Shown piece after piece: positions 17,725-28,032 of a DNA stretch of 63,800 bases (its first letter is position 1; each line of letters opens with the position of its first letter). The notes below the pieces were generated by a model. It saw only the letters and a program-made list of their open reading frames with translations. It searched no databases and had not been told where the DNA came from. This stretch comes from an uncultured Spirochaetaceae bacterium (lineage in GTDB: Bacteria; Myxococcota_A; UBA9160; UBA4427): contig CAZQMY010000001.1 in the NCBI GenBank assembly GCA_964594405.1, positions 1 through 63,800 of the forward strand. The letters run 5' to 3'. The position numbers and the translations under genes are program-made.

Positions 17725-18741
17725 ATGAAGATCGACACCGCCCTCACCGGCGCCGAGCTCGACCAGGTCGGCCGGCGCGCGGCCGAGCTAGAGGCGCTCG
17801 GCTACGCGGGCGCCTACACCTTCGAAGGCCCGAACGCTCCCGTCCTGCCCCTCGCCATGGCTGCCCGCGAGACCGAGAAGGTGGAGCTGTGCACCGCCAT
17901 CGCCGTGGCCTTCGCGCGCAATCCGATGCTGCTCGCCCACATCGGCTACGACCTCCAGAAGCTGTCGAGGGGGCGGCTCATCCTCGGGCTGGGATCGCAG
18001 ATCCGGCCGCACATCACCCGGCGGTTCAGCATGCCCTGGTCGAGACCCGCGAGGCGCATGAAGGAGATGGTGCAGGCCATCAAGGCCATCTGGCGGTGCT
18101 GGAACGAGGGAGAGAAGCTCGATTTCAGGGGCGAGATCTATCAGCACACGCTGATGACACCGATGTTCGATCCCGGCCCCAACCCCTTCGGAAGCCCCAG
18201 GGTCTACGTCGCTGGCGTGGGCCCGCGGATGACACGGGTCGCGGCCGAGGTGGGGGACGGATTCTTCACGCATCCCTTCCACACCGCGAAGTCATGGCGC
18301 GAGAGCACCCTGCCGGCGCTCGAAGCGGGCGCTCTGGCCGGCGGTCGGAGCCTCGACGACATCGATCTCTGCTTCCAGCTGATGGTGGTCAGCGGGCGCA
18401 ACGACGAGGAGGTCGAGCAGTGCAGGAACATCGTCCGTCAGCAGGTGGCCTTCTACGGCTCGACACCCGCCTACCGCGTCACCCTGGAGGCGCATGGCTG
18501 GGGGGCGCTGCAGGAAGAGCTGAACCGGCTCTCGAAGAAGGGCGATTGGGCGACCATGTCGGACCTCGTCACCGACGAGATCCTGGAGACGATCGCCGTG
18601 GTGGCCCCCATGGACCAGCTCGCCGATCGCATCCGGGCGCGCTGCGGCGAGTACGCGGACCGCGTGAGCTTCGGCGTGCCCTACTTCGGGGACGCCGAGT
18701 ACTGGGCGGACGTGGCGGGACGGCTGGCAGCGGAGGCTTGA
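17725..18741 (+). CDS. LLM-class (luciferase-like) F420-dependent oxidoreductase
   Basis: 'LGYAGAYTFEGPNAP', 'GRLILGLGSQIRPHITRRF' and 'FYGSTPAYR' give a TIGR03617-like layout. GGAGG is upstream. Confidence 0.82.
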   Translation: MKIDTALTGAELDQVGRRAAELEALGYAGAYTFEGPNAPVLPLAMAARETEKVELCTAIAVAFARNPMLLAHIGYDLQKLSRGRLILGLGSQIRPHITRRFSMPWSRPARRMKEMVQAIKAIWRCWNEGEKLDFRGEIYQHTLMTPMFDPGPNPFGSPRVYVAGVGPRMTRVAAEVGDGFFTHPFHTAKSWRESTLPALEAGALAGGRSLDDIDLCFQLMVVSGRNDEEVEQCRNIVRQQVAFYGSTPAYRVTLEAHGWGALQEELNRLSKKGDWATMSDLVTDEILETIAVVAPMDQLADRIRARCGEYADRVSFGVPYFGDAEYWADVAGRLAAEA

Positions 18742-18754
18742 TCCATCGGGCGCA

Positions 18755-19675
18755 TCACTCTTCGTGGCCCATCACCCGATCGCCGTGTTCGAGCATGTAG
18801 TCCGAGAGCTTGCCGCGCACCGATCCCTCGAGCTTCGCCTTCGAGCCGATCAGCAGGCTCCGCGTGCACATGGTCGTCACCTCGGCGCTCGTGCCCGGAC
18901 GGTTGTCCCCGAACTGCACCTCCTCGAAGGCATAGACGGGCGCGCCACTCGGACGCGATCCGCTCCGGATCTCGGCAGGCGAAATCGGCACGAGGCGGAA
19001 GGCGTCGCGGTCGCGATAGAACGCCTCGGAGACCGGTGACGTCTTCGCCGGCCGCTCCACCACCACCGCCGCCGTGATCTCGCTGTACGCGCCCGCGGAT
19101 CTGATCTGGAGCAGCGCCTCCAGGGCGTCGACGGCGCGCGCGTCGGCGGCCTGGAGCTTCGGCTCGAGCCGCGTCATGGCGTCCCAGGTCGCCTGGGCGC
19201 CGCTGCCGGGCTGACCGATGGCGAGCGCCTTCGCCGCGGGCTCGGCGAGATCGCTGAGCTCGCGCACGGATCCCTTCGCATCCGCGATGACGAAGACGCA
19301 CTCGACGGTCCCGCTCCCGAGCACGAAGTAGCTGCCCGCGAAGTCGGGTACGAGGGCCTCGAAGCGACCGAGGGCATCGCTCTGGGTGAGCGCTGCGTTG
19401 ACGTCGCTCTTCGGGTCGTGGAGCGCCTCGAGGTTCTGCTGCGAGCCCCCGGTCTCGCGCAGCTCCACCGCCAGATCCTGCGCGATGCGCACGCCGTGGC
19501 GCAGTCGCACGCCGATGTAGTGGTAGCTCCCGCCCTGCCTGCCCGTCCCGAGCACGACATCCGAGGCGTTCGTATCGGAGGCTGGGACCGCGATGAGGAT
19601 CAGGGCCGAGCCCAGCATGAGCGCGGCCCCGGAGGCGCGGCGCCTCCAGGCCGGCGTTGGTGCTCGGACAGGCAA
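18755..19675 (-). CDS. TAXI-family (TRAP-associated) periplasmic solute-binding protein, orphan
   Basis: 'LGTGRQGGSYHYIG' matches the TAXI 'GTGGxGGxYYPxG' motif. It has a signal peptide and a TTG start at 19675. No TRAP permease gene is nearby. Confidence 0.6.
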   Translation of the reverse strand: MPVRAPTPAWRRRASGAALMLGSALILIAVPASDTNASDVVLGTGRQGGSYHYIGVRLRHGVRIAQDLAVELRETGGSQQNLEALHDPKSDVNAALTQSDALGRFEALVPDFAGSYFVLGSGTVECVFVIADAKGSVRELSDLAEPAAKALAIGQPGSGAQATWDAMTRLEPKLQAADARAVDALEALLQIRSAGAYSEITAAVVVERPAKTSPVSEAFYRDRDAFRLVPISPAEIRSGSRPSGAPVYAFEEVQFGDNRPGTSAEVTTMCTRSLLIGSKAKLEGSVRGKLSDYMLEHGDRVMGHEE

Positions 19676-19732
19676 GAGCGTTCTCCCGACAGGATGCGAT
19701 GCGCGAACTCTAACGCCATCGGGTTTCCCCTG

Positions 19733-19760
19733 CCCGCTGCCCGCTTCCCGCTTCCCGCTG
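19733..19760. repeat. 4x tandem heptamer CCCGCT(G/T)
   Basis: cccgctg cccgctt cccgctt cccgctg, in the 95-nt spacer upstream of the TAXI gene. Confidence 0.9.
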
Positions 19761-19770
19761 GCGATGGCTC

Positions 19771-20646
19771 CTAGCCCCGGCGCCGCTGGCGGATGGCGAC
19801 GAAGGCGAGCGCGCTACTCAAGAGGGCGATGCCGGGCCCGTTCAGGCCCGGCACGATCCTCGATCCGAAGAGCCAGGGCTCGTAGATCTCCTCGATGGCG
19901 TGCTCTGCCAGCGCGATGTAGCCCGTGACGTTGGGGTGGATCGCGTCGGCAAAGAGCGCAGGGTCGCCCGCGAAGGCGGGGTTGCCGCCGGCCAACGGCT
20001 CGAAGTTCGGATGTCGACCCGGCTTCGGTGTCTCACCGGGCCCGAACTGGCCCGTGTAGCCGAAGACGTGGTGGAGCAGCCCGAGGCTGTTGTTGATGTA
20101 GACGTCCGGGAGTGCCTCGGCCTGCAGGACGAAGAGCTGGGCGAGGGCGATCTGCTCGGTGTTGAAGCCGGCGGGGGTGTAGTCGTAGGTCTGGACCGTG
20201 ATCAGCGCATCCGGCCTGATGGACTTGATGTGATTCGTGATGGTGGTGACGTCCGCCAGGATCTGCTGGGCGAGCTGGACTGGATCCGTGCCGGGGGGCG
20301 CCCCGAGGAAGTCGTTGCCGCCGACCGAGAGATGCACGATGTCCAGGGTCGGGTGGGCGTTCAGCTCGGCGGTGATCAGATCGAGGTAGGGCTGGGTGGC
20401 CCACTGCGCCGCCGTGGTGCCCCCGATGGTGGTGGGGCCGCCATGGAACGCGAACTGCGAGAGTCCCTGATTGGCCAGCGCCGTATCGAAGGCTCCCGCA
20501 GACCACGCCTGATCGACCCAGCTGTCGCCCACGAGCAGGATGCGCCTGGTCTGGGCCGACGCCGTACTCGCCGCGAGCAGGAGTGCGACGCCGAGCAGGA
20601 ACACGAAGAGCGAGCGGGCATCCCTCGCGGACGGGCGCACGTGCAT
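19771..20646 (-). CDS. Secreted SGNH/GDSL hydrolase with PEP-CTERM-like C-terminal anchor
   Basis: ATG at 20646 with GGAGG upstream, and a signal peptide. Block I 'ILLVGDSWV', block III 'GGND', block V 'DAIHPN'. The tail is 'VPGLNGPGIALLSSALAFVAIRQRRRG'. Confidence 0.8.
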   Translation of the reverse strand: MHVRPSARDARSLFVFLLGVALLLAASTASAQTRRILLVGDSWVDQAWSAGAFDTALANQGLSQFAFHGGPTTIGGTTAAQWATQPYLDLITAELNAHPTLDIVHLSVGGNDFLGAPPGTDPVQLAQQILADVTTITNHIKSIRPDALITVQTYDYTPAGFNTEQIALAQLFVLQAEALPDVYINNSLGLLHHVFGYTGQFGPGETPKPGRHPNFEPLAGGNPAFAGDPALFADAIHPNVTGYIALAEHAIEEIYEPWLFGSRIVPGLNGPGIALLSSALAFVAIRQRRRG

Positions 20647-20790
20647 CGGTCCTCCTTCACGGTTCGGATGGGGCTCTGGAGCCGGGGGGCGATCGATCCA
20701 GCCTACAGGGGCGGCCATCCGACGATCAATGGGAAATCAACCGGACGATCAGTCCGGACCGTGGGGCGATGCCTGCTCTATGATGATCGG

Positions 20791-22302
<1,512 letters not shown>

Positions 22303-22465
22303 TCGGGTCGCATGGCGGCTCGTCGGTGCCGGGGCGACCCCACGGGTGAGCAGCCGATCGGCGTCTCGAATGATCGGCGAGCGGGGTTATCCTGCGGACT
22401 CTCGGAGGCAGGGACCCGGGGCGGAAAAGGGATCCTCGGCCGCATTCACAGGGGGAGTTCGAGCC

Positions 22466-23044
22466 ATGGCGACCGTTGGCATCGCGCACCACTCCGAGAC
22501 CGGCTACACCGATCTGCTGGCCGATGCCGTCGCGCGCGGTGCGGGGCAGGTCGCCGAGGTGAAGGTCGAGCGCGTGAGGGTGGTCGGGGCCGACGTCGTG
22601 GATGGTCGCTATCGAAACGAAGAGGCCATGGCGACACTCGATGCCTGCGATGCCATCGTCTTCGGCTTCCCCACGTACATGGGCAGCGCGTCGGCCCAGA
22701 TGAAGGCGTTCTTCGACGGCAGCCTGCAGCGCTGGTACGGTCGCGGCTGGTCGGGGAAGATCGCGTCGGCCTTCACCGTCTCGGCGACACCGAGTGGTGA
22801 CAAGCTCAATGCGCTCTCGGATGCCCTGATCTTCGCGCTGCAGCACGGAATGATCTGGGTCGGCCTCGACGAGTCGCCGATGAATGGCGAGGGCATCAAT
22901 CGGCTCGGCTTCTACGTCGGCGCGGCGGCGCAGCCCGACTACTCCGCGGGCGAGAAGAGCCTCCAGACCGGAGACGAGATCACCGGGGAGCGGTTGGGCG
23001 CGCGGGTCGCGATCCACGCGGGGCGGCTCGCAGCGACCCGATGA
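22466..23044 (+). CDS. WrbA-like flavodoxin-fold NAD(P)H:quinone oxidoreductase
   Basis: 'VGIAHHSETGYTDLLADAVARGA' and 'AIVFGFPTYMGSASAQMKAFFD' parallel WrbA 'PTRFGNMSGQMRTFLD'. The stop overlaps the next gene's ATG (ATGA at 23041-23044). Confidence 0.75.
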   Translation: MATVGIAHHSETGYTDLLADAVARGAGQVAEVKVERVRVVGADVVDGRYRNEEAMATLDACDAIVFGFPTYMGSASAQMKAFFDGSLQRWYGRGWSGKIASAFTVSATPSGDKLNALSDALIFALQHGMIWVGLDESPMNGEGINRLGFYVGAAAQPDYSAGEKSLQTGDEITGERLGARVAIHAGRLAATR

Positions 23045-24738
23045 AGTTCCTCGTCGCACAGCTCACCGAGATCCTGAGCGAGCGAGAGGTCCGCCAGAAC
23101 CTGCGCGGCCTGATTTCCTATCTGGCTCTGCTGACCGCCACGGTGGTGCTCTTCTCGGTGCTCTTCCATCTCATCATGGTCCACGAGGGCCAGCAGCACA
23201 GCTGGATGACCGGCCTCTACTGGACGCTGACGGTGATGAGCACGCTGGGCTTCGGGGACATCACCTTCCAGAGCGACCTCGGGCGCCTCTTCAGCGTCGT
23301 AGTGCTCGTGACCGGCATCATCCTGCTGCTGATCGTGCTGCCCTTCGCCTTCATCCGCTTCTTCTACGCGCCCTGGCTCGAGGCGCAGGTGCGACTGCGC
23401 GCCCCGCGCGAGGTGCGCGATGGGACGAGCGACCACGTGCTGATCTGCCGCTACGACGAGGTGGCGCGTGGGCTCATCGAGCGCTTCGAGCGCGAGGGTC
23501 AGTCGTACTACGTGATCGAGCCGGATCCGGTAGAGGCCGCGGCCATGCATGGCGACGGCGTCCGGGTCATGACGGGTCCGATCTATGCGCGCCATACCTG
23601 GGAGGCCGCGAGGGTCGATCGCGCACGCCTCGTGTTCGTGAACATGACCGACCCGCAGAACACCAACCTCGTGCTGACCATTCGCGAGGTCGATGCCGAC
23701 ATTCCGATCGCGGTGACCGCGGAGGACATCGACTCCATCGACATCCTCGAGCTCTCCGGGGCGACCCACGTGATCGCGCTCAAGCAGGCGCTCGGACAGC
23801 AGCTGGCTCGGCGCATCACCGTCGGGACGCCCCAGACGCACCGTGTCGGCCGCTACGAGGACGTGGTCATGAGCGAGTTCCCGCTCTATCACACGATGCT
23901 CCCCGGTCGCACGATTCGCGACTGTCGTCTGCGTGAGGTGACCGGCCTCAACATCGTGGGCGTGTGGGAGAGGGGGCGACTCATCCCCGCCTATCCGGAT
24001 CATGTCCTCTCCGAGTACAGCGTTCCGCTGGTGGTCGGCACCGAAGAGCAGATGATGGAGCTCGACGCCATCTTTGCCATCTATCCCCCGAACGAGAACC
24101 CGGTCCTCGTGATCGGCGGCGGAAAGGTCGGCATCGCCACCTCGCGGGCGCTCCGTGAGCGCGGCATCGCCGTGACCATTCTCGAGAAGGATCCCGAGTA
24201 CGCGACCATGCTCGAGTCCGAGGCGGATCGCGTGGTGATCGGTGATGCCGCGAGTCGAGAGGTGGTCCGGAAGGCCGGGCTGGAGGGAGCGCCCGCGGTC
24301 GTGCTCAGCACCAACGACGACGCCACGAACATCTTCCTCGCCATCTACTGCCGCAAGCTGGCCCCCGAGACCCACATCGTCAGCCGCATCACGCAGGAGT
24401 GGAATCTCGAGGCGATCCACCGCGCGGGCGCGGACTTCGTGCTCAGCTACGACTCGCTCGCCATCGGCACGGTGCTCTCCCTCGTGAAGGGGCGCGAGCT
24501 GGTGATCGTCGGCGAGGGGGCAGACCTCTTCGTCGAAGAGGTCCCCGAGAAGCTGGTGGGCCGAAGCCTCCTGGAGTCCGAGATCGGTGCCCTCACGGGG
24601 CTGAACGTCATCGCGATCCGCTCAGACGGCGAGAGCAGGACGAACCCTACGGCGAGCACCGTCCTGCCCGAGGGTGGCGAGCTGGTGATGCTCGGCACCT
24701 CCGAGCAGCACAGCCGATTCAAGAAGACGATGGGATAG
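23041..24738 (+). CDS. Potassium channel with two RCK/TrkA domains
   Basis: Selectivity filter 'TVMSTLGFGDIT'. Two Rossmann-like RCK-N domains ('HVLICRYDEVARG', 'VLVIGGGKVGIATSRAL'), each followed by a TrkA-C-like segment. Confidence 0.9.
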   Translation: MKFLVAQLTEILSEREVRQNLRGLISYLALLTATVVLFSVLFHLIMVHEGQQHSWMTGLYWTLTVMSTLGFGDITFQSDLGRLFSVVVLVTGIILLLIVLPFAFIRFFYAPWLEAQVRLRAPREVRDGTSDHVLICRYDEVARGLIERFEREGQSYYVIEPDPVEAAAMHGDGVRVMTGPIYARHTWEAARVDRARLVFVNMTDPQNTNLVLTIREVDADIPIAVTAEDIDSIDILELSGATHVIALKQALGQQLARRITVGTPQTHRVGRYEDVVMSEFPLYHTMLPGRTIRDCRLREVTGLNIVGVWERGRLIPAYPDHVLSEYSVPLVVGTEEQMMELDAIFAIYPPNENPVLVIGGGKVGIATSRALRERGIAVTILEKDPEYATMLESEADRVVIGDAASREVVRKAGLEGAPAVVLSTNDDATNIFLAIYCRKLAPETHIVSRITQEWNLEAIHRAGADFVLSYDSLAIGTVLSLVKGRELVIVGEGADLFVEEVPEKLVGRSLLESEIGALTGLNVIAIRSDGESRTNPTASTVLPEGGELVMLGTSEQHSRFKKTMG

Positions 24739-24746
24739 GGGGGCGC

Positions 24747-25808
24747 ATGCTCCGCGTGGTTCAGTGGGCAACGGGCAACCTCGGCCGCGCGGCCATCCAG
24801 GGCATCGAATCGCACCCGGAGCTCCAGCTGGTGGGCGTGTGGGTGCACAGCGACGAGAAGGCGGGCCGGGATGCCGGTGAGCTCGCCGGCATCGGAGCGC
24901 TGGGCGTGAAGGCCACCCAGGGCCTCGACGCGATCCTGGCCCTCGCGCCCGACTGCGTGGTCTACGGTCCCCTGCTCCCGATCGAGGACGAGCTGGTCGC
25001 GCTGCCCGAGGCCGGCATCAACGTCGTGACGCCGCTCGGCTGGTTCTATCCGAAGAGGCTCGACACGACGCGCATCGAGGCGGCCTGCGAGGCGGGCGGG
25101 TCGACCCTGCACGGGACGGGCATCCATCCCGGTGGAATGACCGAGCGGATTCCGCTGATCCTCTCGGCCTTCTCTCGAGCCGTGGAGCACGTGCTCGTCG
25201 AAGAGTACTCGGACTGCCGGACCTATGGGGCGCCGGAAGTGTTACGCGACATCATGCTCTTCGGGGCCACGCCCGAGGCGGCGAGCCGGAGCATCATGCT
25301 GAAGGTCCTCGGCGGCGGCTTTGCGCAATCGATCGACATGATCGCCGACGTGCTCGGCTTCGATCTGGATGCCGAGATCCGGGCCGAGCACGAGATCGGC
25401 CTGGCGAAGGTGCCCATCGATACGCCCATGGGCGTGATCGAGCCGGGTCATCTCGCTGCGCAGCGATTCACCTGGCAGGGCCTCGTGCGCGGAGAGGTGG
25501 TGGTGACGGCGAGGGTGCACTGGTTCATGGGCAGCGAGGGCATCGACGCCGAGTGGCTGCGCGGGGATCATCCGGAGGGCTACTACATCGAGGTCCACGG
25601 GGATCCGCCCGTCAAGGTCGCACTGACCGGCGTGCACCCCGACGGCTCGCAGACCCTCGAAGAGCTGCAGGCGCGCAATCCCGGCATGGTCGCCACGGCG
25701 ATCCACTGCGTGAGCGCGGTCCCCTACGTGGTGGCCGCGGAGCCCGGAATCAAGACCTATCTCGACCTGCCCCTCGTCGCGGGCCGCGCCGCGGAGCGCC
25801 TCGGATAG
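24747..25808 (+). CDS. DapB-N-like NAD(P)-binding oxidoreductase (amine-dehydrogenase/dihydrodipicolinate-reductase-like family)
   Basis: 'LRVVQWATGNLGRAAIQGI', 'GINVVTP', 'LHGTGIHPGG'. Confidence 0.72.
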   Translation: MLRVVQWATGNLGRAAIQGIESHPELQLVGVWVHSDEKAGRDAGELAGIGALGVKATQGLDAILALAPDCVVYGPLLPIEDELVALPEAGINVVTPLGWFYPKRLDTTRIEAACEAGGSTLHGTGIHPGGMTERIPLILSAFSRAVEHVLVEEYSDCRTYGAPEVLRDIMLFGATPEAASRSIMLKVLGGGFAQSIDMIADVLGFDLDAEIRAEHEIGLAKVPIDTPMGVIEPGHLAAQRFTWQGLVRGEVVVTARVHWFMGSEGIDAEWLRGDHPEGYYIEVHGDPPVKVALTGVHPDGSQTLEELQARNPGMVATAIHCVSAVPYVVAAEPGIKTYLDLPLVAGRAAERLG

Positions 25809-25850
25809 CAGGGTGTCGAGCAATCGCGTCCACGGTGCCAGGGCCGGGGC

Positions 25851-25860
25851 GGGGGGGGGG
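25851..25860. repeat. G10 homopolymer in the convergent intergenic spacer
   Basis: Ten consecutive g residues at 25851-25860. Confidence 0.95.
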
Positions 25861-25916
25861 ATCCGTACCGACTCTGGGCGCGATGGGATGCGGCTCTTCA
25901 GCACCCTGATCGCGGC

Positions 25917-26795
25917 TCAGGAGGCGCTCGGAGGGCGCAGCATCAGCACCGGCGTTCGTGCCTTGTAGGCGCGGTAGTCCTCGCGGTCTCCCCAGCGCTC
26001 CTTGCCGCGCGCTTCCAGCAGCGGAATGCCGCTGATCCGGGTCAGCAGGACGTAGACGAAGACCGGCGAGATCAGGGTCGCGAAGCGCCAGCCCGAGAGC
26101 GTGGGCAGGGCGATGACGGCGACGCCGACCCAGAGCAGGATCTCGCCGAAGTAGTTGGGATGGCGCGACCACGCCCACAGCCCGTGCTGGATGAACTGCC
26201 CTTGGTTGGCAGGATCCGCGCGGAATCGGCTCTTCTGCTGATCGGCCACCGCTTCGATGCCGAATCCCGCCGCGAAGAGCAGGGTGCCGATCAGTGCGAA
26301 CGCGCCCAAGGGCTCGGTGCTCGCCGAGGTCATGGCGGCGAGCGCGCAGGAGAGCGTGAGCAGGACCCAGAGGCCCTGGAGCGTCCAGGTCATCAGGAAG
26401 CGGGAGAAGCTCGGCTTCAGGGCGTCGAAGCGCCCGTCGTGGCCGTCGCGACTGATGCGCATGAAGAGGAAGGAGCCGAGCCGCGCGGCCCAGGTGGCGA
26501 CCAGCAGGGCCAGCAGGAGCGTTCGCGGATCCGACGATCCGCCGAGGACGAGGGCCAGCGCGACGAGCGTGAGGTAGGTGAGGCTGCCCGTGAGGTCGAA
26601 GTAGCGCTCGGTCTGCCCGATGTACGAGGGGACGAAGACGAGCCAGTTGATCACGAAGGCGGCGGCGCCGCAGAGGGCGAAGACCGGCCACCCGCCCGCC
26701 ATCCTCCCCCCCTGGCTCCCGGCCCACATGATTCCGGCGCCGACGGCGAGAATGGCGACGATGGCGCCGAGCGCCTGCTGCTCGTCCTTGTTCAT
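25917..26795 (-). CDS. DUF1295 (steroid 5-alpha-reductase/ICMT-like) membrane protein
   Basis: ATG at 26795. Multi-TM, with 'GLWAWSRHPNYFGEILLWVG' as the family signature. Confidence 0.8.
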   Translation of the reverse strand: MNKDEQQALGAIVAILAVGAGIMWAGSQGGRMAGGWPVFALCGAAAFVINWLVFVPSYIGQTERYFDLTGSLTYLTLVALALVLGGSSDPRTLLLALLVATWAARLGSFLFMRISRDGHDGRFDALKPSFSRFLMTWTLQGLWVLLTLSCALAAMTSASTEPLGAFALIGTLLFAAGFGIEAVADQQKSRFRADPANQGQFIQHGLWAWSRHPNYFGEILLWVGVAVIALPTLSGWRFATLISPVFVYVLLTRISGIPLLEARGKERWGDREDYRAYKARTPVLMLRPPSAS

Positions 26796-27018
26796 GGTTG
26801 GCTCCCGCGGTCTCGGATTCTCTGGCGGTGCGGTCCCCGCATCCGGGGAGGCGTGCCCGGCGGGTGGCGACCCATCGGCAACTCGGTGGACTATAGCCCC
26901 CTGCGCAGCAGCGGAATTCCTCCCTGCCCCGGCGCGCGCCCGAAAATCCCCGATCGATCGCGCGCTTCGGGTATCCTGGAGGGCGACCACGAATCTGCGA
27001 AGAAGGGTCATCGCGCGC

Positions 27019-28032
27019 ATGGATGTGAACGACGCGAACCTGGTCGATCGGCTCCTCGAGTCGGGCAGGATCGAGGACGACGATGTGCTGGCGCTTCGCC
27101 GCGCCGTCTTCCCGGATGGGGTCGTCAGCATCAGCGAGGCGGAGGCGGTCTTCGACCTCGACCAGCGCTGCACCGAGAAGTGTGAGTCCTGGGCCCACTT
27201 CTACGTCGAGGCGCTCACGGACTTCTTCGTCTGGCAGGCCGAGCCCAGGCGCTACGTGAGCGAGGAGGCGGCCCGCTATCTCCTGAACCACATCCTGCGT
27301 GACGGCGCGGTCGACGGGCTCACCGAGCTCGAGCTGCTCATCAACGTCGCGCACTGGGCGCACAGCTGCCCGAGCAGCCTCACGGTGGTGATGCTCGACG
27401 CCGTGAAGCAGAGCGTGCTCGAGCCCGCCGAGGCTCTCTACGGTCATGGGCGTGCACCGGGTCACATCACCGAGTCCGACGTCCATCTGATCCGCCGCGC
27501 CATCTACTCCGGCGGAGGAGACGGGGGCTATACGGTCTCGCGAGACGAGGCGGAGATCCTCTTCGAGCTGAACGATCGCTCGGACCACGAGAAGAACCAC
27601 CCCGGCTGGCGCGACCTCTTCGTCAAGGCGGTGGCCAGCCATCTGATGTTCCCCTTCGGACCGCCCAGGATCCCCTCGATTTCCGAGGCCCGGCATCGCG
27701 AGGCGTGGCTCAGGCAGCCGGCGGGGGGCATTCGCGGCATGCTCTCGCGAATCGGAAAGAGCCTCACCCATGACCCCGTGGCGGGCCTCTGGAACGAGCT
27801 GGACCCACTGGCCACGGGCATCGACGAGCAGGCGCGTGCCAGGCGCGAGGCGATGGAGCGCATGGCCCATCGCGAGAGCATCGACGAGGCCGAGGCGAAG
27901 TGGCTGGTGGCTCGACTCGAGGCCGATCGCAAGCTCGACGCCAATGAGCGCGCCCTGCTCGTCTTCATCCGTCGCGAGTGCCCGGACATCCACCCCCTCG
28001 TCGAGGCGCTGCTCGAGCGCGAGCAGATCTAG
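27019..28032 (+). CDS. Hypothetical acidic protein with four degenerate TerB-like helical repeats
   Basis: ATG at 27019 with good GC3. The repeat pattern is described in the findings. No family recognised with certainty. Confidence 0.6.
   Translation: MDVNDANLVDRLLESGRIEDDDVLALRRAVFPDGVVSISEAEAVFDLDQRCTEKCESWAHFYVEALTDFFVWQAEPRRYVSEEAARYLLNHILRDGAVDGLTELELLINVAHWAHSCPSSLTVVMLDAVKQSVLEPAEALYGHGRAPGHITESDVHLIRRAIYSGGGDGGYTVSRDEAEILFELNDRSDHEKNHPGWRDLFVKAVASHLMFPFGPPRIPSISEARHREAWLRQPAGGIRGMLSRIGKSLTHDPVAGLWNELDPLATGIDEQARARREAMERMAHRESIDEAEAKWLVARLEADRKLDANERALLVFIRRECPDIHPLVEALLEREQI

Noticed and set aside
19733-19760. Short tandem repeats considered as a CRISPR-like or other array (also 36500-36526).
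   Set aside because: The units are 7 nt with no spacers and total less than 30 nt. No cas genes are present. These are simple microsatellite-type repeats.
20721-20751. A direct repeat GACGATCA...(15 nt)...GACGATCA in the SGNH/DASS divergent spacer, considered as a regulator site.
   Set aside because: An 8-nt repeat is too short to distinguish from chance without conservation data.
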